Part shown: positions 9,869-22,989 of the stretch, one piece after another
How the letters are laid out: each line of letters starts with the position of its first letter
How positions within the stretch are numbered: position 1 is the stretch's first letter
NCBI RefSeq assembly: GCF_035084215.1
Contig: NC_090338.1
Location: 37,572,001 to 37,636,000 of the forward strand
DNA: 64,000 nt
Source: Heptranchias perlo
Taxonomy: Eukaryota
Direction: 5' to 3'
The notes under the pieces: model-generated
Seen by the model: the letters and a program-made list of their open reading frames with translations, nothing else
What the model was told of the DNA's origin: nothing
Databases searched by the model: none
Translations under genes and position numbers: made by a program

Positions 9869-10407
9869 CCTGATGGTGTCAGTTTGAGGGGGTCCGAAAA
9901 GTTGGTAAATATGTGTAAACAGAACAATTGTGAGTGTAAACCAAGAATTTTCAGTCAAACACAAAGATCTCCCAGCCAAAAGTTTGTCTGAGAGAACTGA
10001 GTGCCCTGCTGCAATAACTCACCTTTTATCCCCATCTGTTAAACAGGGATTTAAACGTCCAAATGGCTGTTGGCTCAAACCTGACTACTTTCCCACGGTG
10101 TGTTTCACACAGCACGGGAAACACACTGAGGTAGCATTGAAATCGCTTTCCTTCACTCTTAATTAGATTTATGTACATTTCAAGTACTTCAAGTACTTGA
10201 ATTACTGCTTTAAATATCGTCTCGCCGGATTTAATTGCCGGCAGGACTTTCGGGTTCAGGAACGGCGCACATGCCCAGATGGCTCTGGGTCATGCACGTT
10301 CTTCGGCGTGTTGGAGCTGGGATTTCTGCCCGCTCCTCAAAAACCCAATTTTATTTGCCCCCCTGACCCCAGAGCACCCGCACTTTTCTTTTAAAATCGT
10401 GCCCAAT

Positions 10408-10460
10408 GGCTTCAGTCTTCCCAATATTTAGTTGGAGGAAATTTTTGCTCTTCCAGTCCT
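10408..10460 (-). mobile_element. L2 LINE continuation right of the Harbinger
   Basis: GGCTTCAGTCTTCCCAATATTTAGTTGGAGG joins ...GGACCAAAGACAAT to give continuous L2 sequence. A similar segment lies at 25430-25470. Confidence 0.7.
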
Positions 10461-11329
10461 AAAAAAAGAAATAATCAGTGGCAGAGTCAGCCCTTAAGGA
10501 CCCAATTAAATAAATTACAGTACAACAAGAAAAGGCAATTGGAGCAGCCAACATGTAAATAGCATGTCAATATTGAAATCCCAATGGAATAAATTAAAAT
10601 GTAATTATTTGATTCATAATGAAAAGAATTAAATTTGTATAATAAATATATGTTAAAGGGATTCTATTGCTTTACTATATGATTACATGTAATTGTTTTA
10701 ATAAAACGAGACCCTACTACTCTCTACCTGTTTACAGCAACATTTAATACACAGCACAAGTCTTGAGGAAGAGGTATTTGCTCATTATTTCAACCATTAA
10801 CTTTATCGCCAAATCTACTCCGTTTAACAATCAGCCGGTAGGTAGAGACAACTTAGTAAAAGAAGATTCACAGTTTTGGACAATTTCTGTCCAAGTTATT
10901 TACAGATCTAAAGCAGCTTTGTGTTCTGTTTTCCTAATATTCTTTCTCTTTTAATCAGTGTTTTCAAACTATTCTGGATACATTTTACATTTTACATTTA
11001 TTTCGACAGATTTTTTCAAATTGATGGTGAAAGTAAATAGAACAAATAGGAAAAAATTAATGTTTTGAATGTTTAAACACATCACAATTTTATAGGAACA
11101 AAAGACCTTTTAGTCTCGTTATTCAAATACAAGATAGCAGGTAACAGGAATATAGTTGAATATCATGTTTATTCAATGATTGATAGGAGCAGACAATCTG
11201 CAAACGTAAGGCCTCTACCAATGTCAGCCATTAAAGAGGTACGCCAGGAAGTCCAGGATCAGTTGCTCTTGAATTATCCCCCCCTCCCAGTGACTGTGTA
11301 TAGATTACCACTACCTCATAGATGGTATA

Positions 11330-11977
11330 ACTGGATTCTGGGCTTTATAAATAGCGGCATAGAGTACGAAGGAGGTTACGATGAATCGTTATAAAACACT
11401 GGTTTGGCCACAACTGGAGTATTGTGTCCAGTTCTGGGCACTGCACTTTAGGAAGGATATGAAAGCCTTAGAGAGGGTGTAGAAAAGATTTACTAGAATG
11501 ATTCCAGGGATGAGGGATTTCAGTTATGTGGATAGACTGGAGGAGCTGGGGTTGTTCTCCTTAGAGCACAGAAGGTTGAGAGGAGATTTGATCGAGGTAT
11601 TCAAAATCATGAATGGTCTGGACAGAGTAGATAAAGAGAAACTGTTCCCGTTGGCAGAAGGGTCAAGAACCAGAGGACATAGATTTAAGGTGATTGGCAA
11701 AAGAACCAAAGGTGACATGAGAAAAAACTGTTTTACCCAGCGAGTGGTTGTGATCTGGAATGCACTGCCTGAAGGGGTAGTGGAGGCAGATTCTATCGTG
11801 GCTTTGTAAAGGGGATTGGATAAGTACTTGAAGGGAAAAAATTTGCGAGGCTACGGGGATAGGGTGGGGGAGTGGTACTAGCTGGATTGCTCTTGCAGAG
11901 AGCTGGCATGGACTCGATGGGTCGAATGGCCTCCTTCTGTGCTGTAAATATTCTATGATTCTATTCTATGATTCTAT
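11330..11977 (+). mobile_element. CR1 LINE 3' fragment
   Basis: ORF 11498..11809 (RRLRGDLIEVFKIM, TRGH, FTQRVV..WNALP) and an (ATTCTATG)-like tail. Confidence 0.9.
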
Positions 11978-13812
11978 TCCAAGCTCACCATGTCGAAAAT
12001 CACAGGCATAATCAACACCTGGACACTCCATGTTACCAGTAGCTGCATCACCTCTTGTGATAGAATTACTTTAAAAATACTTAGAATTACTTTAATGTCT
12101 CTTGTATTTTTTTGTCTAAATCCAATAGTAATCAAGAGAACTTTAAACACAGAAAGAGCCTTAGAGTGCAATTAAAGCTTTTATAAAATTATTTAACTTT
12201 TCACCAAGCTTTCTTTAAGTTAGGACGTAGCCCAAAGTTGAAGCCTACAGGATTTATTTTTAGTTGGGGCCTTCCACAAAGCAAAAAAAATACCACAACT
12301 TAGTACAGGGGTCAGTGTACATTCAGGAGCAATCTTACCTGTTGACATTCAAAAATTACTGACAAATCCATTCGACAACAGCCAAGGGTCCATACAAGGA
12401 AGAGATTTATATTTTATGCTTTAAACTAAAATGAGATTGTAACTTGCTTAGACAAAGAAGCCAAAAGAATGTACAGGGTTAACACAACAAAAATTGTCTC
12501 TCTGGGAAAATGACATTTGGATATGAATACTGCAACAGATGTTTGCAGACTGCTTGAAAAAAAGAAAATCTGAAATATTTCAACTACATAACTAATTCTG
12601 GTATACAGTATTTAATTTTGAAACCAGATGTTACATGCTCAATGCATCAAAATAATATATATTTATGCCATTGTTCTTAGTGAGCCTGAGGTTCTTACCA
12701 TAACTCCCTGTTTTACAGTAGTTTTATCAGACGCTGATTTATCAACATCAGGAGTAGCCCTTGAATCTGGGAGCACTGGGAAAGAAGCCTTGTGTCTGGC
12801 AATATGGAATGGGGTCTCAGAGTTTAGCAGTACTTTGAAGTGGGGGGGGTCAAAGTCTACAAGGGTGGCCTCGGGTTCTAGGAGCATTGCAAAGAAGGGG
12901 CCTGGGAATAGCAAGGCAGGTGCTGGAATCTGGGATCATTGGGAGAGAGGTCATGCTATCTGGGAGAGGTGTATGGGGCAATGTTGGGATCAGGGAGAAG
13001 GGAGTAATTTCCAGTGTCTGGGATTGCTGTTGGACTCTTTCTGGTCATCAGGCAGCCCCTCCCGTGCATTGCCACTTGTCAATCACTCCCGTGACCCATC
13101 CTGAGCCCCATCGAGCAACCTCCACAACTTTCCCCATTGTCCATCATTTCCTGTTTATAATTCCTGCTTCAAAGCATTTGGTGCACTATTGGTGTGTTTT
13201 CTGACTCATTCACTCTTTAGTAAACATAAGTTTCCATGAACAAATAAAAATCTCATAAAAACCCTCAAAAGCTCATCATTTATGCAGTTACCATGTTTTT
13301 ATACAAGGAACATTTTTACCTTTAAAAGCCTGAAAAATGGTTCAATTATCTTTCTCAGAAGAAAATTTCAACTAAATTTGGAATCAAAATGAAGAGGGAA
13401 GTAGTTTTCCATGATTGGCTGCTGTCCATGTCAATCAGGAGAAACCCAATAACAGCACCTGGGCAAAAGAGAGACTCATATCTGTAAGGCCTGCAGCTGT
13501 ACTCCAGTTTCCTTCCCTGTTTCCAGCAGCAGGCCTAGCCAGAGGCCCGGTATGTACCGGGGTGCCATAAGCTATATTAATGGCACAGGATAGGAAATTC
13601 AGATGCATCTTGGCCAAGATAGGTTTAGTGCATTTCAGGCACGATCCAATTCCTAAACCTTAAAGCCTTATTAAACTGTCACCTACTGGCGTCACAGGGA
13701 AATACAACAGGTAAGTAATGACATCGCAACATAGGAACGCCCACAGGAAATGCTGAAATAATTTTTTAATAGGGCACCTAACCCATATAAGAATTTTAAT
13801 ATATTAGACATG

Positions 13813-14497
13813 TGGGGTAGAGCTTCCGCTTTGGGCGCAATCGAGAAATTGCGCCCAAAATTGGCTTGAAATTGCACTGGTTAAATTACACTTCAAGTTT
13901 CCGCTAAAATTCATTTGCATAATTATAAATGTAAAATCTTCAATGAACCAGTGCAATCGGGCAGCATAATAGAATGCAATTGTTTCTTCTTTTTCTTTCC
14001 ATTAAGAAGTATTCCTTGATGTATTTAAGAGTGGTAACCTGGTGCAGTTTCATTAACACAGCTGAAAATGGGCTTATCACCAAAAATAAGCATTTTTAAT
14101 GAGGATGTCCATTCCTCCACCTGGTTTAAAATGAATGAAAATGACTTTTAAAAAAACTACACTGAACCATTTAACAGTTTCATTGGTGTACAGTAGTCAG
14201 TTTCTTAGTAAATTAAATATTTTTTGATATGAAAAAACTTTTAAAACTTGCCTACTAGTGCCTGTGCGCCTAAGAAAATGAGCGCAATCTGAAGAGCCTT
14301 CCCTAACCAGAGCAATCGGCGGAATCTCGCAATTTCGACCTGGGGGCGAGGCTAGTTTTGTGGGTGGGGCCTGATTCAGGCAAAGTGAACCATGAACCAG
14401 TGTAAAAGATCACAGAAAACAATAGCGTAAGTGGTTTTGGCGTAACTCACATTTAAAATTCCCTGAGCTTTTATGCTGGGTCGAATGATTCTGCCCT
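13813..14497. mobile_element. Possible non-autonomous DNA transposon remnant
   Basis: CpG-retaining ends around an AT-rich core, with a weak GGGTAGA/TCTGCCC inverted match. Family not identified. Confidence 0.3.
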
Positions 14498-14508
14498 GAT
14501 TGAACCAA

Positions 14509-17500
14509 TATAAGAACATAAGAACAAAAGAACAAAAAAAAGGAGCAGGAGTAGGCCATAAGGCTCCTTGAGCCTGCTCCGCATTTAATAAAATGATGGC
14601 TGATCTTCAACTTCAACTCCACTTTCCTAATTGATCCCCATATCACTTGATTCCCTTAGGGTCCAAAAATCTATTTATCTCAGCCTTGAATATACTCAGG
14701 GACTGAGCATCTACAGCCTTCTGGGGTAGAGAATTCCAAAGATTCACAACCCTCAGCGAAGAAATTCCTCCTCATCTCAGACCTAAATCGCCTACCCCAT
14801 ATCCTGAGACTATGCCCCCTAGTTCTAGACTCTCCAGCCAGGGGAACAGCCTCTCAGCATCTACCCTGTCAAGCCCTCTCAGAATTTTATATGTTTCAAT
14901 GAGATCACCTCTCATTCTTCTGAACTCCAGAGAGTATAGACCCATTCTACTCAATCTCTCTTCATAAGTCAACCCTCTCATCCCAGGAATCAATCTGGTG
15001 AACCTTCGTTGCACCCCCTTCTAAGGCAAGTTTATCCTACCTTGGGTAAGGAGACCAAAACTGTACACCATACTCCAGGTGTGGTCTCACTAAAGCCCTG
15101 TACAATTGAAGCAAGACTTCCTTACTCTTGTACTTCAACCCCCTTGCAACAAAGGCCAAAATACCATTTGCCTTCCTAATTGCTTGCTGTCCTTGCATGT
15201 TAACTTTTGTGTTTCATGGACAAGGGCTCCAAGGCCTCTGAACACCAACATTTAATAGTTTCTCACCATTTAAAAAATATTCTGTTTTTCTATTCTTCCT
15301 ACCTCACATTTCCCCACATTATACTCCATCTGCCACCTTCTTACCCACTCACTTAATCTGTCTATTATATAGAAACATAGAAAATAGCAGCAGAGGTAGG
15401 CCATTTGGCCCTTCGAGCCTGCTCCGCCATTCAATATGATCATGGCTGATCCTCTATCTCAATACCATATTCCCACTCTCTCCCCATGCCCCGTAATGCC
15501 TTTTGTGTCTAGAAATCTATCTAGCTCCTTCTTAAATATATTCAGTGACTTGGCCTCCACAGCCTGTTGTGGTCGAGAATTCCACAGGTTCACCACCCTC
15601 AGTGAAGAAATTTCTCCTCATCTCAGTGCGAAATGTCCTACCCTGTATCCTGAGACTGTGACCCCTTGTTCTGGACCCTCCAGCCAGGGGAAACATCCTC
15701 CCTGCATCCAGCCTGTCTATCCTATCAGAATTTTATATGTTTCAATGAGATCCCCTCTCATTCTTCTAAACTCGAGTGAATAGAGGGCGAGTCGAACCAA
15801 TCTCTCTGCCTTTCTGTTTTTCCTTCCGAAGTGGATAACTTCACATTTATCCACGTTATACTGCATCTGCCATGTATTTGCCCACTCACTCAACTTGTCT
15901 AAATTGCCATGAAGCCTCTTTGCATCCTCCTCCCAACTCATGATCCCACCTAGTTTTGTGTCGCCAGCAAATTTGGAAATATTACATTTGGTTCCCTCAT
16001 CCAAATCATTGATATATATTGTGAATAGCTGGGGCCCAAGCACTGATCCCTGCGGTACCCCACTAGTCACTGCCTGCCACCCCGAAAAGGACCCATTTAT
16101 TCCTACTCTCTGTTTCCTGTCTGTTAACCAATTTTCAATCCATGCCAGTATATTACCACCAATCCCATGTGCTTTAATTTTGCACACTAACCTCTTATGT
16201 GGGACTTTATCAAAGGCCTTCTGAAAATCCAAATAAACCACATCCATTATCTACATTCTCCCTTATCTATTCTACTAGTTACATCCTCAAAAAACTCCAG
16301 TAGGTTTGTCAAACATGATTTCCCTTTCATAAATCCATGTGGATTTTGTCTAATCCCCGCACCCCCCCCCCACCCCCTGTTGATATTTTCTAAGTGTCCT
16401 GCTATCACATCCTTTATAATAGAATCTAGCATTTTCCCTACTACTGATATTAGGCTAACCGGTCTGTAGTTCCCTGTTTTCTCTCTCCCTCCTTTTTTAA
16501 ATAGTGGGGTTACATTTGCCACCCTCCAATCTGCAGGAACTGTTCCATAATCTATAGAATTTTGGAAGATGACAACTAATGCATCCACTATTTCCATGGC
16601 TACCTCTTTTAGTACTCTGGGATGCAGATTATCAGGCCCTGGGGATTTATCGGCTTTCAGTCCCATTAATTTCTCCAGCACTATTTCTTTACTAATACTA
16701 ATTTCCTTTAATTCCTCCTTTTCCCAGAAATACCAAGGGACTAGTGAGGTTATTTGTGTCCTCTTCTGTGAAGACAGAACCAAAGTATTTGTTTAATTGC
16801 TCTGCCATTTCCTTGTTCCCCATTATAAATTCTTCCATTTCTGACTGTAAGGGATCTACATTTGTCTTCACTAATGTTTTTTTTATATATACACTTGTGG
16901 AAGCTTTTACAGTCCACTTTTATGTTCCTTGCAAGTTTACTCTCATGCTCTGTTTTTCCCCTCTTAAATCAATCTCTTGGTCCTTTTTTGCTGAATTCTG
17001 AACAGCTGCCAATCCTCAGGCTTGTTACTTTTTCTGGCAACTTTATATGAATCCTCTTTGGATCTAATACTATCCTTAATTTCTTTTGTTAGCCATGGTT
17101 GGACCGCTTTTCCTTTTGTGTTTTTGCGCCAGAAAGGAATGTATAATTGTTGCAATTCTTGCATTCGTTCCTTAAATGTTAGCCATTGCCTATCCACCGT
17201 CATGCCTTTTAATGAAGCTTCCCAATTTATCATAGCCAACTCATTCCTCATACCTTAGCAGTTTCCTTTGTTTAGATTTAGGACCCTAGTTTCAGATTGG
17301 ACTACTTCACTTTCCACCTTAATGAAGAATTCTATCATGTTATGGTCACTCTTCCCTAAAGGACCCCGCACAACAAGATTATTAATTAACCCCTTCTCAT
17401 TGCACAATACCCAATCTAGGATAGCCTGTTCCCTAGTTGGCAACTCAACGTACTGGTATCCGTTTAATATCCCTTTACATACTCTTTGTGTCCTCCTCAC

Positions 17501-18590
17501 AGTTTACTTTCCCACCTAGCTTTGCATTGTCAGCAAACTTACAACATTATACTCGGTCCCTTCATCTGAGTCATTAATATGGATTGCCAATAGCTGAGGC
17601 CCAAGCACTGATCCTTGCAACACCCCACCAGTTACAGCCAGCCAACCTGAAAATGACCCGTTTATTCCTACTTTCTGTTTTCTGTCTGTTAACCAATCCT
17701 CTATCCATGCTAATATATATGAGCCCTTATCTTGTGTAACAACCTTTTGCATGATAACTTATTGCATGCTTTTTGAAAATCCAAATACACTACATCCACT
17801 GGTTTCCCCTTTATCTACCCTGCTAGTTACATCCTCAAAAAACTCTAATAGATTTGTCAAACATGATTTCCCTTTCATAAAACCATGTTGACTTTGCCTA
17901 ATCATATCAGGATTTTCTCAATGTCCTGTTACCACATCCTTAATAATGGATTCTAGCATTTTCCCAACAATTGATGTCAGGCTAACTGGCCTGTAGTTCC
18001 CTATTTTCTCTCTTCCTCCTTTCTTGAATAGCAGTGTTACATTTTCTACCTTCCAATCCACTGGGACCGTTCTGCAGCCACCTCTTTTAGAACCCTAAGA
18101 TGTAGGCCATCAGGTCCAGTGGATTTGTCGGCTTTTAGTCCCTCTAATTTCTCCAGTACTTTTTCTTTACTAATATTAATTACTTTAAGTTCTTCATTCG
18201 TATTAGACCCTTGGTTCCCCATTATTTCTGGTATGCTATTTGTGTCTTCTACTGTGAAGACAGACACAAAATATTTGTTTAACATCTCTGCCATTTCCTT
18301 ATTCCCCATTATAATTTCTCCTGTCACAGCTTCTAAGGGACCCACATTTACTTTTGCTACTCTCTTCCTTTTTACATACTTGTAGAAGCTCTTACATTCT
18401 GTTTTTATATTTCTTGCTAGTTTACTCTCATATTCTATTTTCTCCCTCTTTATCAATTTTTTGGTCATCCTTTGCTGGTTTCTAAAACTCGCCCAATCCT
18501 CAAGCATACTACTCTTCTTGGCAACATTATAAGCCTCTCCTTTTAATCTAATATTATCCTTAACTTCTTTAGTTAGCCACGGATGGATCA
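14509..18590 (-). mobile_element. CR1 LINE (outer copy: 14509-15363 and ~17456-18590), interrupted by another CR1
   Basis: (AAGAACAT)n tail at 14509. ORF2 fragments 14772..15014, 17516..17752 and 18046..18591. Sequence at 15360 continues at ~17465. Confidence 0.85.
15367..17455 (-). mobile_element. CR1 LINE nested in CR1
   Basis: Own (ATAGAAAC)n tail at 15367-15382. RT fragments YLDFQKAFDKVPH, GVPQGSVLGP and KSPGPDNLHPRVLKE, plus the endonuclease end GKSDH. Confidence 0.88.
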
Positions 18591-18847
18591 CTTTTCCCCT
18601 AGCGGAAACTCCACCCTATAAATTGTATAGAACAGTTTCTTTGTATAGAAAGGGTTTTCCATGATTTCAAGCTCCATGATCTCAAGTATTATTACTTCAG
18701 AATGGACCTCAGTGATGAAAGAGATGTTTCTATAGTAGCCAAGAACAGAGTTAGTGCTATAATCAAGAGCTTTAAAGAGCATAAGAAATCATGGAATGTG
18801 TAAAGGCCACTCAACCAATCAAGTGCAGCTTTCACAAATTGCAGATT

Positions 18848-19026
18848 CAATAAGTTTCAAAAAGGAATTGGATAAATACTTGAAGGGAAAAAATTTACAG
18901 GGCTATGGGGAAAAGGCAGGGGAATGGGACTAATTGGATAGCTCTTTCAAAGAACCAGCACAGGCACAATGGGCCGAATGGCCTCCTTCTGTGCTGTAAC
19001 ATAATATGGTACCATGATACTATGAT
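18848..19026 (+). mobile_element. CR1 3' end fragment
   Basis: Matches the 3' UTR of the 11330-11977 copy (GGGCCGAATGGCCTCCTTCTGTGCTGTAA). Confidence 0.75.
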
Positions 19027-19427
19027 TTAGGCCTCAAGTAACTTGTCTCAAAATGCTTCCTTTTATGGAAATGAAGAATTACAAACAGGTTTCCCAATAG
19101 ACAATAAGTGATCATTGCTCTTTTGGAGAATAATAGACTGAGCAAAAAGCAGCTGTTTTTGTGAACCACATCTGTTTTGAACAGAAGTATTTTGAGCCAC
19201 CATATACTTAAAAACAGTCAGTTAAACCAAACGAAATATCACTTACTGCCATAATTACACCTTATTGGATAAAGCATCTATGTTGCAATTTCTATAGAAC
19301 TGGTTTGCAAAATTATAACCTGAACCTTGGCAATTAACAGAGAGCAGACTGCTTAGATTTTTCCATCAGAGTTGCTCTTTGTCTGGCTGTTGCTGATATG
19401 AAGCACAAAACAAACTTAAGACTTCGT

Positions 19428-21176
19428 CTGCAGCGATAGTGGATACATTAGTTGTGATCATCCAAAATTCCCAAGATTCTAAAACGGTCCCAGTGGATTG
19501 AAAGGTACAAAAAGCATACCAGAAATAGTGGGGAACCAGGGGTCTAATGAGAGTGAGGAACTTAAAGTAATTAATATTAGTAAAGAAAAATTACTGGAGA
19601 AATTAAAGGGACTAAAAGCCAACAAATCCCCTGGATCTGATGGGCTACATCCTAGGGTTCTAAAAAAGGAGGCTGCAGAGATAGTGGATGCATTGGTTGT
19701 GATCTTCCAAAATTCCCTAGATTCTAGATCGGTCCCAGTGGATTGGAAGGTAGAAAATGTAATACCGCTATTCAAGAAAGGAGGGAGATAGAAAACAGGG
19801 AACTACAGGCCAGTTAGCCTGACATCAGTCATCAGGAAAATGCTGGAATCTATTATTAAGGAAGTGGTAACAGGGCACTTAGAACATCATAATATGATTA
19901 GGCAGAGTCAACATGGTTTTATGAAAGGGAAATCATGTTTGACAAAACTACTAGAGTTTTTTGAGGATGTAACTAGCAAGGTAGGGAAAGGGGAACCAGT
20001 GGATATAGTATATTTGGATTTTCAAAAGGCAGTTGATAAGGTGCCACACCAAAGGTTGTTACACAAGATAAGGGCTCGTAGGGTTGGGGGTAATATAGCA
20101 GCATGGATAGAGGATTGGTTAACGGACAGAAAACAGAGAGGAGGAATAAATGGGTCATTTTCAGGTTGGCAGGCTGTAACTAGTGGGGTACCGTAAGGAT
20201 CAGTGCTGGGGACTCAGCTATTTACAATCTATATTAATGAGTTAAATGAAGGAACTGAGTATAGTATATCTAAGTTTGCTGACGATACAAAGCTAGGTGG
20301 GAAAGTAAACTGTGAGGAGGACACAGAGTCTGCAAAGGGACATGGACAGGTTAAGTGAGTGGGCAAGAAGGTGGCAGATGGAGTATAATGTGGGGAAATG
20401 TGAGGTTATTCACTTTGGTAGGAAGAATAGAAAAACAGAACATTTTTTAAATGGTGAGAAACTATGAAATGTTGGTGTTCAGAGGAATTTGGGTGTCCTT
20501 GTACACAAAACACAGAAAGTTAACATGCAGGTACAGCAAGCAATTAGGAAGGAAAATGGTATGTTGGCCTTTATTGCAAAGGGTTTGGAGTACAAGAGTA
20601 AGGACGTCTTGCTTCAATTGTACAGGGCTTTGGTGAGACCTCACCTGGAGTACGGTGTACAGGCTCTAACTATCTACTTAAGGAAGGATATACTTGCTTT
20701 AGAGGCGGTGCAACGAAGACTAATTCCTAGAATGAGAGGGTTGTCCTATGAGGAGAAATTGTGTAGAATCGGCCTATATTTTCTGGAGTTTAGAAGATTG
20801 AGAGGTGATCTCATTAAAAAACATAAGATTCTGAGAGGGCTTGACAGGTTCGATGCCTAGATGCTGTTTCCCCTGGCTGGAGAGTCTAGAACTAGGGGGC
20901 ATAGTCTCAGGATAAGGGGTCGGCCATTTAGGACTGAGGTGAGGAAAAATTTCTTCACTCAGAGGGTTGTGAATCTTTGGAATTCTCTACCCCAGAGGGC
21001 TGTGGATGCTGAGTCGTTGAGTATATTCAAGGCTGAGCTCGATAGATTTTTGGACTCTGAGGGAATCAAGGGACATGGGGATCGGGCGAGAAAATGGAGT
21101 TAAGGTCGATCTTATTAAATGCCGGAGCAGGCTCGAGGGGTCACCTGGCCTACTCCTGCTCCTATTTCTTATGTTC
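19428..21176 (+). mobile_element. CR1 LINE, 5'-truncated, decayed ORF2
   Basis: ORFs 19498..21103 carry KSPGSDGLHPRVLK, QHGFMKGKSCLT, YLDFQKA and LVRPHLEY. Typical 3' UTR. Confidence 0.92.
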
Positions 21177-21890
21177 GTGACTGTATTTTATTTATGGAAA
21201 CCATTCCTGGATTTTGTTGGAATGCCAGAAGTTGCTTTAAAACAGGGAACAAATTGTCTTTGGAAATTCCTACAATCGACATATCATGGCTCAGTAAGTA
21301 AATACATCATGTTGTGGTAGTACAGGTAGATCCTATGTTCAATCCCTTGTTGGTATTAGCCAGGAAAATCATACATAAGAATTAGGCTCTGCATTGCTGG
21401 GCTAGGAAAATGCCAAAAAAAAACATACCACCAAGTCTCCCACACATGATCCACTGAGCTGTCCTACAAATGTGCAAACTAAAGGGTACAATAGGGTAGT
21501 GGTTATGGTCCTACACTAGCAATGAAGGAGTTATGGGTTCGGATCCCACCATGGTAAGTTATGAAATTGAATTTAATAAACCTGGTAATGTGTGGCTAGC
21601 ACTAGAAAAAGCCAAATCTTTCTTCATAACTCAGAACTTTGACACCAGGGGCATGATTTTACCTGGAGCCAGAAGAGAGCAGGTGGGTAGATTTTCACGT
21701 GGGAAACCCAAAATTAAAGTGAGCGCGTCGGAATCTGTGATCGCAACTTAATTAAAGCCAATTATTTTTGCTTCCTGGTTTTGCGTCTCCCAGTTGCGCA
21801 GCGGGTGTGCTGCGCACCCACATGATGCAATCTAAAGTCCACTATTTAAAGGGACAATGAAAAAATGGATTTTGGAGAAGAAAGGAGGAA

Positions 21891-22590
21891 ATGGATTCAA
21901 GGAGAGCAAGGCCAGCACAGATGGTTCCCTTGAAGTACTGCTGGGTGCAGAGAGGATCAGGAGCATATCGATTTACCCCAACGATGCAAGGAAGAAACCT
22001 GGTACTGCCATAAAGAAGGCGTAGCTGGAGGTGGCTGAGGAAGTGAGCAGCAGGAGCATGATGCTCAGGTCTTGGCTGCAGTGCAGGGAACGGTTTAATG
22101 ACCTAACCAGATCAGGAAAAGTGAGTACAGTTGCTGATTCACTCACATCCTGTGGTGTACAACACCCCCCCTCACTCTGTTTTGCCAAGCGTACTACTAT
22201 CACATCACTCCTCACACCCACTTAAGTCTCAGCAGCACCCATCTTTCACTTTCTATGCACTTCCTCACCTCACCATGCATCCATTCACTACTGCCACTCA
22301 CCACAATCATTAAGCAATGTAATGCTTCTGTTTCATAGTCACCCTCACCCCAGTGCATTGCATCCATCGGGTCAGTACTTCCTCTTTTGATGGCCGAGTC
22401 TGCCCCTGCACAGGTGCAGGTGGAGCAGTCTTTGGTGGAGCCCTCACGGGCTCCAAAACCCAGAGGTCATAGGCCAAAAGCATCTCAGCAGTCAGGGCAG
22501 GGATCGGAGCAGCCTGCCTCTATATCTGCTTAAGTCACAAGGGATGCACCACGTAGAAGTGGTAGGAATTGTGAATTCAAGAAATTGTAG
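21891..22590 (+). pseudogene. Harbinger Myb/SANT gene remnant
   Basis: AEEVSSRS...WLQCRERFNDLTRSGK followed by an AAA|GTGAGT donor as in copy 1. 22390-22590 is similar to 8101-8300. Confidence 0.8.
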
Positions 22591-22989
22591 TTCACTAAGG
22601 GTGTTTAAAGAAAGGCTTTGTTGTGAAGTTTCTTTTCTTAAATATTGGCACATAAAGTTTAATTGATTAGCACCACTTCCATGCCTTGCCCATTATTGTG
22701 TCCCGAGTATGAAGTGGTCCTTTCATTTGCCTCGTAATGAACGCTAATACATGACGGTGCCCATTGGGCAGATTAGCAATGGATGTATGCATGGTTGAAG
22801 GACTGTTTTGTGCGGGGGGGGGGGGGGGGAGATGGGGGGTGGTGTTGATGGTTGCGGCAGCTGGCCTGAGTTTTCAATGTCTCTTTTTTGCCACTGTTAC
22901 CAAGCGAACCTATATGTGAGATGCGAGTATTTCTAGCACCCTGGGCAAGGTCAAACATCTTACATTAAATATAACAAATATACAAATAC

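Larger units (their letters stand above)
1027..10404. mobile_element. PIF/Harbinger DNA transposon (decayed autonomous-type copy with two nested insertions)
   Basis: TIR AGGCACGATTTTAAAAG (1027-1043) matches CTTTTAAAATCGTGCCC (10388-10404) at 16/17. 3-bp TSD AAT at 1024-1026 and 10405-10407. Contains a Myb/SANT gene (+) and a DDE transposase (-). Confidence 0.93.

Noticed and set aside
12628-13204. Overlapping ORFs as a host exon
   Set aside because: No recognisable domain, stops in the extended frames and no convincing splice pair.
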